Of a DNA stretch of 17,378 bases, positions 1 to 8,180 are shown one piece after another; positions within the stretch are counted from its first letter, which is position 1; the number at the start of each line of letters is the position of its first letter. The DNA lies in NCBI GenBank assembly GCA_046726415.1, contig JBKPAK010000300.1:1-17378 (forward strand), read 5' to 3'. This DNA comes from Candidatus Methylomirabilota bacterium. GTDB taxonomy: Bacteria > Methylomirabilota > Methylomirabilia > Rokubacteriales > CSP1-6. The notes under the pieces were generated by a model, which did not search any database, was not told where the DNA came from, and was given only the letters and a program-made list of their open reading frames with translations. A program made the position numbers and the translations under genes.

Positions 1-1
1 G

Positions 2-598
2 ATTGCGGACATGTTCAACAAGCACAAGATCATCCCCAAGGGGGCGATCGCCTGGGACAATACCTCCAACAACAAGGCCTATCAGTCACGTCAGGTGATC
101 TTCGTCTTGAATCCCACCAGCATCTACGCTCATCTGGCGGACTCCGACAAAGACCTGTACAACGTGACCGGGCTGCTGCCGGTCCCGGCAGGGCCGGCGG
201 GCGCCATCGAGGAGCTCACAAACACGGAATGGCTGCTCTTCAAACACAACCCCTATCCCGAAGTGGCCAAAGGGCTGGCCGAGTACTGGATGGCCCCGGA
301 CAACTTGAGGGTCACGATCGAGGAGGGCGATGGCCGCTGGGGGCCGCCCTACAAGGGCATGTACGACTCCAAGTTCTGGAAGCGGCCGGTGTTCCAGCAC
401 TGGCGGGTCATGCTGGAGCGGGGGCGCCAGTTCCCTTCTCCGGGGACCATGAATGCCGCCTCCGGCGAGGTGCTGGCCACCTTCGTGATCGGCCGCATGA
501 TGCACCGAGTGCTGGTCGAAAACTGGGACGTCGAAAAAGCGGTCGTGGAGGCGCACAAGAAGGTCGCCGAGATCTACGCGCGTCATCAGGCGGGGTAG
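2..598 (+). CDS. ABC transporter substrate-binding protein (carbohydrate/family 1 type), 5'-truncated by the window edge
   Basis: The frame is open from position 2. WDNTSNNKAYQS...VLNPTSIY, PVPAGPAG and a C-terminal 'MMHRVLVENWDVEKAVVEAHKK' helix are typical of the C-terminal half of family 1 solute-binding proteins. Confidence 0.75.
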   Translation: MADMFNKHKIIPKGAIAWDNTSNNKAYQSRQVIFVLNPTSIYAHLADSDKDLYNVTGLLPVPAGPAGAIEELTNTEWLLFKHNPYPEVAKGLAEYWMAPDNLRVTIEEGDGRWGPPYKGMYDSKFWKRPVFQHWRVMLERGRQFPSPGTMNAASGEVLATFVIGRMMHRVLVENWDVEKAVVEAHKKVAEIYARHQAG

Positions 599-686
599 GA
601 GAGATAGCCGGCAGGCGGCCGCTGTCCTGTCGGCGCCTGACAAGGGTGCGCGGCCCGAGCAGGGGTCTCTGGTCAGGCGCGAGCGC

Positions 687-1091
687 TCAGCCCGCCGAGC
701 CGTCCGGGCTGGCCAGCACGACGGTGTAGCCGTCGGGATCGCGCAACCAGCATTCCCAGTGGTTGGGACCACCGTCACCGGTCGGTGGGTTGCGATGGCG
801 CGGCTGGACGACGTGGGCTTTCATCTCGACCACCCGTTCCATCGCAAGGTCGAAGTCGTCGATCTCGAACCACAGCAGCACTCCGTTTCCATAGGGCTTG
901 TCGTCAGGATCACCGATGAGCCCGTGGTGGTGATCGACCTCGAAGCGGTGAAGCTGGAGGATGAGCGCGTCATTCGAGACCAGTCGCTCGTATTCCGGCC
1001 CACCATGAGCGCTCCGGCACCCGAGGAGACGCTGGTACCACCGGCTGCTCGCTTCGACGTCGGTCACCGAGATGAGAGGCTGTGGCCGCAT
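687..1091 (-). CDS. VOC family (glyoxalase/bleomycin resistance) protein, 134 aa
   Basis: N-terminal 'ISVTDVEASSRWYQRLLG', 'LLWFEIDDFD' and C-terminal 'WLRDPDGYTVVL' motifs. GGAGG RBS 5 nt upstream of the ATG. Confidence 0.9.
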   Translation of the reverse strand: MRPQPLISVTDVEASSRWYQRLLGCRSAHGGPEYERLVSNDALILQLHRFEVDHHHGLIGDPDDKPYGNGVLLWFEIDDFDLAMERVVEMKAHVVQPRHRNPPTGDGGPNHWECWLRDPDGYTVVLASPDGSAG

Positions 1092-1093
1092 GA

Positions 1094-1194
1094 GAACCTC
1101 CGTCTTGATTCACGATAAGCCCCTGTGAACCTCCGTCTCGATTCACGAGAAGCCACCTGCGAACCTCCATCTCGATTCACGAGAAGCCACCTGC
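1094..1194. repeat. Three tandem copies of a 33-34 bp unit (gaacctccRtctYgattcacgaKaagcc(a)cctgY)
   Basis: Copies read directly at 1094-1126, 1127-1160 and 1161-1194. Copies 2 and 3 differ at a single base. Confidence 0.95.
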
Positions 1195-1472
1195 CTGCCC
1201 ACGCGCAATTCGGCACGGGATAGGCGACGGTGATCGCTGAGGCGACCCTTCATACTGCCCGGCCCTTGCCTGCGCGCTCGCCATGGAACACAATGCCCCC
1301 ACCTCAGCGGGCGAACTCGGCGCCGCAGTTCGCCATCGCGTGAATGACGCGCCGGCCCCGGGGTGCCGGTGCGGCTCGCGTCGCGGCCAGTCGAGCATTT
1401 GCGGCAGAGCGAGCTGAGTCCCGGGCCGGTTGGTCGTGCCGATGCGCACGGTCGACTTGGCGGGGAGGTCGC

Positions 1473-2997
1473 ATGATGGCTGCGTTCCGCGAACTGCCGC
1501 CTGCATCCCGTGGGTCAGGCTCGTCGGGCGTGTCGTTCTCCGCCTTGGCGCGGCCCCGATGGCAGCTCGACCTTAGCATCGACGTTCCCCTGCTGCCACG
1601 GGTCGATCACGAGCCCGAGCCGGCGCTCGCCATTCGCCAGCGGCTGGCCCGCCGGGAGTTGACCCTGCCCCCACGGCTGCCGTCGACGAGTCTCGTGCGC
1701 AGTGACATCGCGAGGACGCCGAGCCGCTCCTTTGCCGGGGTACCCGCCATTGGGTCCGCCTACGACGGATGCCTGGCGGTTGGGGCGAGAGCATCTGCTC
1801 ATCGCCGAGAACTTCGCGGTCGCCATCTACGCCAAGGCGTCGGGTGCGCTCGTGTCGCCGCCCACCAGCCTGGCCGGGTGGTTCCCGAACCGCCCGCCCA
1901 GGGCGAACTTCGTCTTCGATCCTCGCGCGCTCTACGACCAGTACGCTGACCGATGGGTCGTACTCGCCCTCGCCTTGACCCAGCAGCTCTCCGCCGGCCC
2001 GGTCGAGGGGTCGTGGCTGCTTCTCTCGGCGTCCGAGGGCGCCGATCCGGCCGGTGGCAGGCGCAGCACGGTCGTCGACACCTTCGACGATCGGGTCACG
2101 CCACCGAACTGGGCCGACTATCCGAGCCTGGGAGTCGACGAGCGGGCGGTATACGTCACGTACAACGTGCGGGGCGGGGTGGCCAGGCTGCTGATCTTCG
2201 CCAAGGCAGATCTTTACCACGCTGGCTCGCCGACCTTCTTCGACTTTCCCCGGCTCGAGAACCCGACGGGAGGTGCCGCCGACTCCGTGCAGCCCTGTCA
2301 TCACTTCGGACCGACGGCGGTGGCCCATCGCGTGAACACGGTGGAAGGCACCGGGCCCGCGCAGGCCATCACGCTGTGGACGGCGAGCTGGGCGTCCGGG
2401 ACCCCGACGCTCTCGTCGCACAGCATCGAGGTGAACCCGTATGTGACGCCGCCGAACGAAGCCGCTCAGCTCGGGGAGAAGCCGCTCGCCGTGGGAGGCA
2501 CGCGGGTCCGAGGCGCAGTGTGCCGCGCCGACTCGGTCTGGTTTGCCTTCGCCACGGCGTACGGAACCGGGTTTGATGACGACGCCTGGATCGCGGCGCG
2601 CTGGTGTCGGCTCGACACGCGGGCAGGAACACTGATCGGCCAGGACGAGTTGGCCGCGGAGCGGGCGTTCTACGTGTTTCCCGCGCTCATGGTCGATGCC
2701 GCGGGGAACCTCACCCTCGTCGCCAGCCGGTCGGCGCTCGACGGACATCCCTCGCTCCACTATGGGCGGTGGCCATCTTCGGAGCCCTCGACCGCGGGCG
2801 AGCTGGTGGCGGGACGGGGACCCCACCTGAGGTGTCGGGGCGACACGCCCTGCTCGCAGCCCGGCGCTCGCAACGGATGGGGTGACTACAACGGGATCGC
2901 CCTCGACCCCGCCGACGAGACCACCGTGTGGGTCTTCGGAGGCGTGGGGCACGAGAGCGACAAGACTCTCTGGGCGACCACGATCGCCGCCTTGTGA
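1473..2997 (+). pseudogene. Uncharacterised ~507-aa protein (probably beta-rich, with a WGDY...DP.D motif) split by a +1 frameshift at the GGGG run 1782-1785. Either a real lesion or a sequencing error
   Basis: GGAGG at 1464-1468 precedes ATG 1473. This frame reads ...SFAGVPAIGSAYDGCLAVG and the next frame continues REHLLIAENFAVAIYAK...FDPRALYDQYADRW...WADYPSLGVD...WGDYNGIALDPADETTVW. Removing one G joins them. Confidence 0.65.
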
Positions 2998-3082
2998 GGG
3001 GTGCTCGTGTCGCGTCCCCCGGCGCCATTCCGAGACACGAGGAGTGGCGGATAGCGGCCAGGACCTGACCAGAGGCGAGTCA

Positions 3083-3099
3083 CTGGTATTCCGGTTGCA
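3083..3099 (+). promoter_or_regulatory. Putative sigma54 (-24/-12) promoter
   Basis: CTGGTATTCCGGTTGCA has exact GG-N10-GC spacing and TTGCA at -12. It lies 40 nt upstream of ATG 3139, with an AGGAGA RBS between. Confidence 0.6.
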
Positions 3100-3138
3100 C
3101 TTCTGCATGGCACGCAACGCCAGTCGCAGGAGACGCCA

Positions 3139-4035
3139 ATGGCGATGTCACAGACCAGAGCTTCACAGATGGGCGAAGCCGCGCTCGCAGTGATCGAGCG
3201 ACAGGAGTGGCTCGACATTGTGGGAGACCGATTGCAAAAGGCGGTCGGGGCGGCATTTCAGGCCGGCGGTGACATGGGACGTCGCGTCAGAGACTTCCTC
3301 CACGGCACGTGGCTAGGCCACCCTCTCCATCCGGTTCTGACCGACATTCCGCTCGGCGCCTGGACGGCCGCCCTGGTCCTCGACGCTGCCTCCACGCGGG
3401 ACAGAGGGCTCGCGCGGGCGGCGGATGCTGCGATCGGCGTCGGGATCGCCGGCGCGGCGAGTGCTGCAGTCACCGGTCTGGCGGACTGGCAGCACACGTC
3501 CGGTGGCGATCGACGCGTCGGTATGGGGCACGCGCTGCTGAACACCACCGCGCTCGCTCTGTACGCGGCGTCGCTCACCCTGCGACGGAGCGGAGTCCGG
3601 GGCCCCGGGCGCGGCCTTGCCGCCCTCGGCTTCGTGCTCGCGACCGGTGCAGCCTACCTCGGCGGCTCGCTTGTGTTCAAGAAGCGCATCGGCGTGGACC
3701 ACGCTCCACGCCCCGAGGCCTGGAGTGATTTCGTCCGGGTGCTGGCGGAATCAGATTTGCCGGAAGGTGCCATGCGAGCCGTGGACGCGCAGGGAGTCCG
3801 CGTCGTCCTGGTGCGCCGCGGTCAGCAGGTCTATGCCTTGGCGGAGAGCTGCGCGCACCTGGGCGGGCCACTGTCCGAGGGACGCCTCGAGGACAACGCC
3901 CTGCGCTGCCCGTGGCACGGCTCGCTTTTTGCCCTCGAGGATGGTCGCGTGCTGGAGGGCCCGTCGACATACCCGCAGACATGCTTCGAGGTCCGCAGGC
4001 GGGACGGCCAGATCGAGGTCCGCGCCCGCGGCTGA
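3139..4035 (+). CDS. DUF2231-like membrane domain fused to a Rieske [2Fe-2S] domain, 298 aa
   Basis: 'LHGTWLGHPLHPVLTDIPLGAW', 'TGLADW' and hydrophobic helices in the N-terminal part. Rieske ligands CAHLGGPL and CPWHGS in the C-terminal part. Confidence 0.92.
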   Translation: MAMSQTRASQMGEAALAVIERQEWLDIVGDRLQKAVGAAFQAGGDMGRRVRDFLHGTWLGHPLHPVLTDIPLGAWTAALVLDAASTRDRGLARAADAAIGVGIAGAASAAVTGLADWQHTSGGDRRVGMGHALLNTTALALYAASLTLRRSGVRGPGRGLAALGFVLATGAAYLGGSLVFKKRIGVDHAPRPEAWSDFVRVLAESDLPEGAMRAVDAQGVRVVLVRRGQQVYALAESCAHLGGPLSEGRLEDNALRCPWHGSLFALEDGRVLEGPSTYPQTCFEVRRRDGQIEVRARG

Positions 4036-4063
4036 CCGCGTCATCAGACCGATGAAGACATGA

Positions 4064-4072
4064 TGGTATTCT
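4064..4072 (+). promoter_or_regulatory. Possible extended -10 element (TGnTATTCT) for the ApbA-family gene
   Basis: TGGTATTCT lies in an AT-richer patch about 33 nt upstream of ATG 4106. Confidence 0.35.
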
Positions 4073-4105
4073 CGCCCGCGAGAGTGCGCAGCGGGAGGGA
4101 ACCTG

Positions 4106-5155
4106 ATGAGCCACAAGATCTTGTTCGTGGGCGCAGGCGCGGTGGGGAGCTATCTGGCGTCGTTCTTTGCGCGGGCGGGCCACGACGTGACCGTCATCGA
4201 CTCCTGGCCGGAACAGGTGGAGACCATTCGCCAGCGCGGAGTCGCGGTCACCGGGCCGCACGAGCCGTTCACCGCGCGCTTCAAGACCGTGCACGTGTAC
4301 GAGGCCCAGCAACTCGGCACGGACTTCGACATCGGGGTCGTGGCCATGAAGTCCTACGACACCGCCTGGGCCACGCACCTCCTGGTGTCGCACGTGAAGC
4401 CCTCGGGCGTCGTGATCTGCGCACAGAACTGCTGGAACGACCCCCTCGTGGCGTCGATTGCCGGCCCGGAGCGCACGGTGGGGCTCATCATGTCGGGCAT
4501 CTCGGTGGCGATGTGGAAGCCGGGGGAAGTCGAGCGTGGAGCGGAGCGCGGCTCCGGGCACGTCGTCTTCCGGGCAGGCTCTCCCGACGGCACGAGCACG
4601 CCGCATCTGCAGGCGGTGGCCGATCTCCTCTCGGTGGTCGATGCCGCGCAGACTACCGACAACTTGTGGGGCGAGCGCTGGGGCAAGCTCTGCATCAATG
4701 CCATGGGCAACCCCGTGCAGGCCATGACCGGGCTCGGCGGTCGCGATGTTGCCGCGGAGCCACGGGGCCGCGAGATCACCATTCGGCTGGGCTCGGAGTC
4801 GGCGCGCGTGGGCCTGGCCCGTGGCCATCGCGTGGTGAAGTTCGGGGTCGGCACGGCTGAGCAATGGGCCGACGCCGAGAGGAACACCGATACGTACAGC
4901 GCGATCGACACCGCCCTGGTTCCCAAGGTCGGCTCCCGGCGGAACTGGCGCTCGTCCATGGCCCAGGACGTGATCAAGGGCCGCCGCACGGAGATCGAGT
5001 TCATGAACGGTTTCGTGGTGGCCCAGGGCAAGGAAGTAGGGGTGCAGACGCCGGTGTCTGCGGCGGTGGTCGAGATCGTGCGCGAGATCGACGCCAAGCG
5101 CCGGAAGCCGTCACCCGATCACATCGAGGACGCACTCCGGAGCGCGGGGTACTAG
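4106..5155 (+). CDS. Ketopantoate reductase (ApbA/PanE) family oxidoreductase, 349 aa
   Basis: Rossmann motif 'ILFVGAGAVGSYLA', 'AMKSYDT', 'AQN', catalytic Lys in 'WGKLCIN', and 'SSMAQDVIKGRRTEIEFMNG'. Confidence 0.88.
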   Translation: MSHKILFVGAGAVGSYLASFFARAGHDVTVIDSWPEQVETIRQRGVAVTGPHEPFTARFKTVHVYEAQQLGTDFDIGVVAMKSYDTAWATHLLVSHVKPSGVVICAQNCWNDPLVASIAGPERTVGLIMSGISVAMWKPGEVERGAERGSGHVVFRAGSPDGTSTPHLQAVADLLSVVDAAQTTDNLWGERWGKLCINAMGNPVQAMTGLGGRDVAAEPRGREITIRLGSESARVGLARGHRVVKFGVGTAEQWADAERNTDTYSAIDTALVPKVGSRRNWRSSMAQDVIKGRRTEIEFMNGFVVAQGKEVGVQTPVSAAVVEIVREIDAKRRKPSPDHIEDALRSAGY

Positions 5156-5168
5156 AAGCTCGACAGAG

Positions 5169-5339
5169 CTAGTCCTCGTCCTCCAGGCGCGCGAGAAGGG
5201 CGGCGACGGTGGCGTCGCCGGCGGGTGGCCGCCAGTCGACGGCCACGACGGCCACGCCCTGCGCCTCCAGCGCGTTCGCGAACAGCTCGAGCCCGACGTT
5301 GATCGCGCGCAGCTCTTGGCCGAGGATGTCGGAGATCAT
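5169..5339 (-). CDS. Small FdrA C-terminal-domain protein, 56 aa (not in the ORF track)
   Basis: Translates as MISDILGQELRAINVGLELFANALEAQGVAVVAVDWRPPAGDATVAALLARLEDED*. INVGL..F...L..QG..V..VDW.PPAG matches the C-terminal tail of FdrA/YahF. Its ATG overlaps the stop of the upstream fdrA gene (ATGA). Confidence 0.88.
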   Translation of the reverse strand: MISDILGQELRAINVGLELFANALEAQGVAVVAVDWRPPAGDATVAALLARLEDED

Positions 5340-6868
5340 GGAGCGCCGGGCACGAGGCGATTAGCCAGCTCCGGCCGGAGGAGCAGGGCCCCAAAGCGGC
5401 AGGCCTGGGCATTCGACGGGAGCACCTCGACCCCCGCGCTCTCGAGGGCGGCGGTCTGGGCGTGGAGGCCCTGGGGGTCGGCCTCCGTCCCGACGACGGA
5501 GGCGATGACCGCGAGCGAGCGCCCCGCGCGGGCGGCGGTGGTCTGCGCGTCGCGAATCGCCGCGGCGAGCGGTTGTGCGGGATCCGGGTGGACGGCGCGG
5601 CCCAGTACGAGGTCGACGAGCAGCACGCCGACAGCCGGCGCCGCGCCGGCGGCGCGGATGCGCGCGGCGCGCTCGGAGGGATCGATCATGGGATGCGGCC
5701 GGCCGACGGTGAACTCGTCGCTGCCGAGATCGATCACTTGGTGGGCGGCCGCACCCGTGTCGAGCGGTCCGAGGAGGGGCTCCAGCAGCAGGCGCGCCTC
5801 ATGCGCCAGGGTGCCTCCGGTGTAGAGCCCGAGCAGGGCAGGTCCGCGCCCCTCTCGAGGCGCGATGCGCGCCAGGCGGGCGCGCACGCCCGCGGGGTCG
5901 GTGAACGCGGGGAGGTCGAGGGGTCGGCCTCGTGCCAGTGCAACCGCGGCCATCGCCGCCGCCTCGAGCGTGTTGACGCGACGGCCGGCGGCCGGACCGT
6001 CCGGGCCGGCCCTTAGACCGCACACCACGACCGGCTTGGCGATCGTCCGGATGATCGAGTCGAGTTCCGTCATGACGCGAGGCGCGGGCGGCTTCGAGAT
6101 CAGGACGATGACCTGGGTGGCCGGATCTGCGGCCAGCAGCTCGAGGGCGAGCGCGGTCATCGGCGCGCCCACCGCTTCGGAGAGGTCGCGCCCGCCCACC
6201 CCGATCCCGTGGGAAATTCCCTCGCCGAGGGCGGCCACGTGCGAGGCGACGGCCTGCAGGCCCGTGCCGGATGCGGCGACGCAGCCGATCCGGCCGCGCG
6301 GGACCACGTTGGCGAAGCCGAGTCCGACGCCGTTCAGGTACGCGGTTCCGCAATCCGGACCCATGCACAAGAGCCGGCGGCCCGCGGCGAGGCGCTTGAG
6401 TGCGATCTCGTCCTCGATGCCGACGTTGTCGCTGAAGAGGAACACGTGGAGGCCGTGGCGCAGCGCCGTCATCGCCTCGAGCGTGGCGTGGGCCCCGGGT
6501 ACGGACACGAGCGCGAGGTTGGCCCGAGGGAACTGACGGAGCGCCGACTCCAGGCCGCGGGGACGGATACGGCCGGAGGCCTCGCGCTCGCGCTGCTGCT
6601 GGTCGAAGAACGCCTTCGCCGCCGCGAGGGCCGACTCCGCGGCCTGGTCGGTCTCAGCGTCGATCGCGAGCATCAGGTCGCCGGGCGCCGCGTCCTCGAG
6701 ACCGCGCGCCGCGAGGCCGGCGCGCGCGAGCAGTTCGCGGTTCGCCGTGGTGCCCATGAGCGCGGCGGACTGACGCACGCCGGGCCGCTCGCTCAGGGTT
6801 GCCGCCAATCGCATCAGGACCACGGAGTCCTGATAGAAGGAGCGCCAGACCTCGATCCGGATCGGCAC
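5336..6868 (-). CDS. fdrA: FdrA/YahF-family acyl-CoA synthetase-like protein (SucD-like CoA-binding/ligase domains), 510 aa
   Basis: 'YQDSVVLMRL', 'MGTTAN', 'LALVSVPG', 'FLFSDNV', 'MGPDCGT', 'AASGTGLQ', 'IGVGGRDLS', 'LYTGGTLAHEA' and 'DLGSDEFTVGRPHPMIDP'. GTG start with a GAGGA RBS. Confidence 0.9.
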   Translation of the reverse strand: MPIRIEVWRSFYQDSVVLMRLAATLSERPGVRQSAALMGTTANRELLARAGLAARGLEDAAPGDLMLAIDAETDQAAESALAAAKAFFDQQQREREASGRIRPRGLESALRQFPRANLALVSVPGAHATLEAMTALRHGLHVFLFSDNVGIEDEIALKRLAAGRRLLCMGPDCGTAYLNGVGLGFANVVPRGRIGCVAASGTGLQAVASHVAALGEGISHGIGVGGRDLSEAVGAPMTALALELLAADPATQVIVLISKPPAPRVMTELDSIIRTIAKPVVVCGLRAGPDGPAAGRRVNTLEAAAMAAVALARGRPLDLPAFTDPAGVRARLARIAPREGRGPALLGLYTGGTLAHEARLLLEPLLGPLDTGAAAHQVIDLGSDEFTVGRPHPMIDPSERAARIRAAGAAPAVGVLLVDLVLGRAVHPDPAQPLAAAIRDAQTTAARAGRSLAVIASVVGTEADPQGLHAQTAALESAGVEVLPSNAQACRFGALLLRPELANRLVPGAP

Positions 6869-6887
6869 GATCCTCAGCGCGGACCGA

Positions 6888-8180
6888 TCACGGGTGGGCG
6901 GCGCCGAAGGCGACCAGCGCGTCGACGAACGGCTGCGCGGGGGGCGTGGCGATGCCCGCGCCGATCATCCGGGCCGCCGTGTGGTGTGCAATGGCAGTAT
7001 TGATCAGGGGCACCGTGCCGCTGCGCACCACCTTCCGGATATCGATGCCCGTCGGCGTGCCCTCGCCCTCGAGAGGCGCCAGCGGAAAGAGCGGATTGCT
7101 GCCGACGCAGATCTCTGCCATGTGGCGCGACGTGGTGACGGCGTCCGCGAACGACTTCGCGCCCACGATCTTCTGGACGGCCGGGGAGGCGGCCATGGCC
7201 ATGCCGCCCAGTCCGTACGTCTCCATGATCGCGGAGTCGCCGGTGTCGCGGTTGGCGTCGGCGGCGGCGAAGCCCGGGAAGTAGAGGCCGTCGACGGCGC
7301 TGGCGGGGCCGATGAACCAGCGGTCGCCGAGGCCGGCCACGCGGATCCCGAACTCCACGCCGTTGCGCGCCATGGCGGAAACGACGGTGGAGCGCTCGAG
7401 CCCGTCGATGGCGCGGGCCGCCGCCTTGGCCGCGCCCATCGACCACGCGAGGAAGAACTGGTCGTTGTCGCGGGTGAGGAGCCGCATGATCGCCTGCAAC
7501 TGCTCGCGATCGGCCACGACGCCGACGAGCGGAGCCGCGAGCCGGCGCGCGAGCAGCCCGGTCGCCGCGGCATTCCGCATGTGCATCTCGTCGCCCATGG
7601 CGAGGGCCTGCGCCATCAGGCTCGCGAGATCGACCGGGCCCTCGCGCTCGAGGACGGCCTGGAACGCCGGCGCTACTACGTCGCGGATCCACGCCAGGCC
7701 GGCAAGCGTTTCGGGGCCATGCGCCCCGAACCTGAGCTGGTGTCCCCAGGGCCCGTCGGCGATGAAGGTGAAGGCGCTCGTCCGGTTCACGGGGTCTTCG
7801 ATCACGAGCAACGGCGTGCCCGGTGAGATGACGCCGGCCATGGGGCCGACGGCGCCGCGGTCGTGACACGGGCCAAACGCGACGTCACCCGCGGCGGCGA
7901 GTCGCTGCGCCTCGTCGGGGCTCTTGGCCCAGCCCTCGAACAGGACCGCCGCGGTCACCGCCCCACGCATCGGACCACACATGCGCGCCCAGGTGATCGG
8001 CGGCCCAGCGTGCAAGAGCGCCTGACCGGTGAGGCCGAGCGCCTCGCGCGCGGTGGCGACCTTGGTCCACGCGGGTCGGGCCCGGCAGAGGCGCTCCACG
8101 GCCTCGCGGTTCGCCGCACCGATGTTCAAAGCCATGGATGACGCCGCGTGGTCTGGGCCGCCATCAGTCGCGGGCGTCAT
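6888..8180 (-). CDS. YlbE/YahG-family (DUF1116) protein, ~430 aa (alternative start at 8135)
   Basis: 'LLHAGPPITWARMCGPMRGA', 'AVGPMAGVISP', 'LRFGA', 'ALAMGDEMHMRN', 'MARNGVEFGIRVAG', 'GDSAIMETYGLGG' and 'PLINTAIAH'. ATG 8180 overlaps the TAA of the upstream ATPase gene. The track's 8426 start is over-extended. Confidence 0.9.
   Translation of the reverse strand: MTPATDGGPDHAASSMALNIGAANREAVERLCRARPAWTKVATAREALGLTGQALLHAGPPITWARMCGPMRGAVTAAVLFEGWAKSPDEAQRLAAAGDVAFGPCHDRGAVGPMAGVISPGTPLLVIEDPVNRTSAFTFIADGPWGHQLRFGAHGPETLAGLAWIRDVVAPAFQAVLEREGPVDLASLMAQALAMGDEMHMRNAAATGLLARRLAAPLVGVVADREQLQAIMRLLTRDNDQFFLAWSMGAAKAAARAIDGLERSTVVSAMARNGVEFGIRVAGLGDRWFIGPASAVDGLYFPGFAAADANRDTGDSAIMETYGLGGMAMAASPAVQKIVGAKSFADAVTTSRHMAEICVGSNPLFPLAPLEGEGTPTGIDIRKVVRSGTVPLINTAIAHHTAARMIGAGIATPPAQPFVDALVAFGAAHP

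Noticed and set aside
633..680. Inverted repeat gcgcctgac...gtcaggcgc between convergent genes as an intrinsic terminator
   Set aside because: The spacer is 30 nt and there is no U-tract on either strand, so it is too weak to call.
1094..1194. Mini-CRISPR interpretation of the 34-bp repeats
   Set aside because: The units are directly adjacent with no unique spacers, and no cas genes are present.
1195..1460. Short ORFs or an ncRNA in the divergent intergenic region
   Set aside because: No recognisable protein motif, RBS or RNA structure could be supported.
1573..3117. 514-aa minus-strand ORF and similar long Arg/Pro-rich ORFs (3677-4864, 12103-13647, 6874-7869)
   Set aside because: They overlap better-supported genes in shifted or antisense frames and have low-complexity composition.
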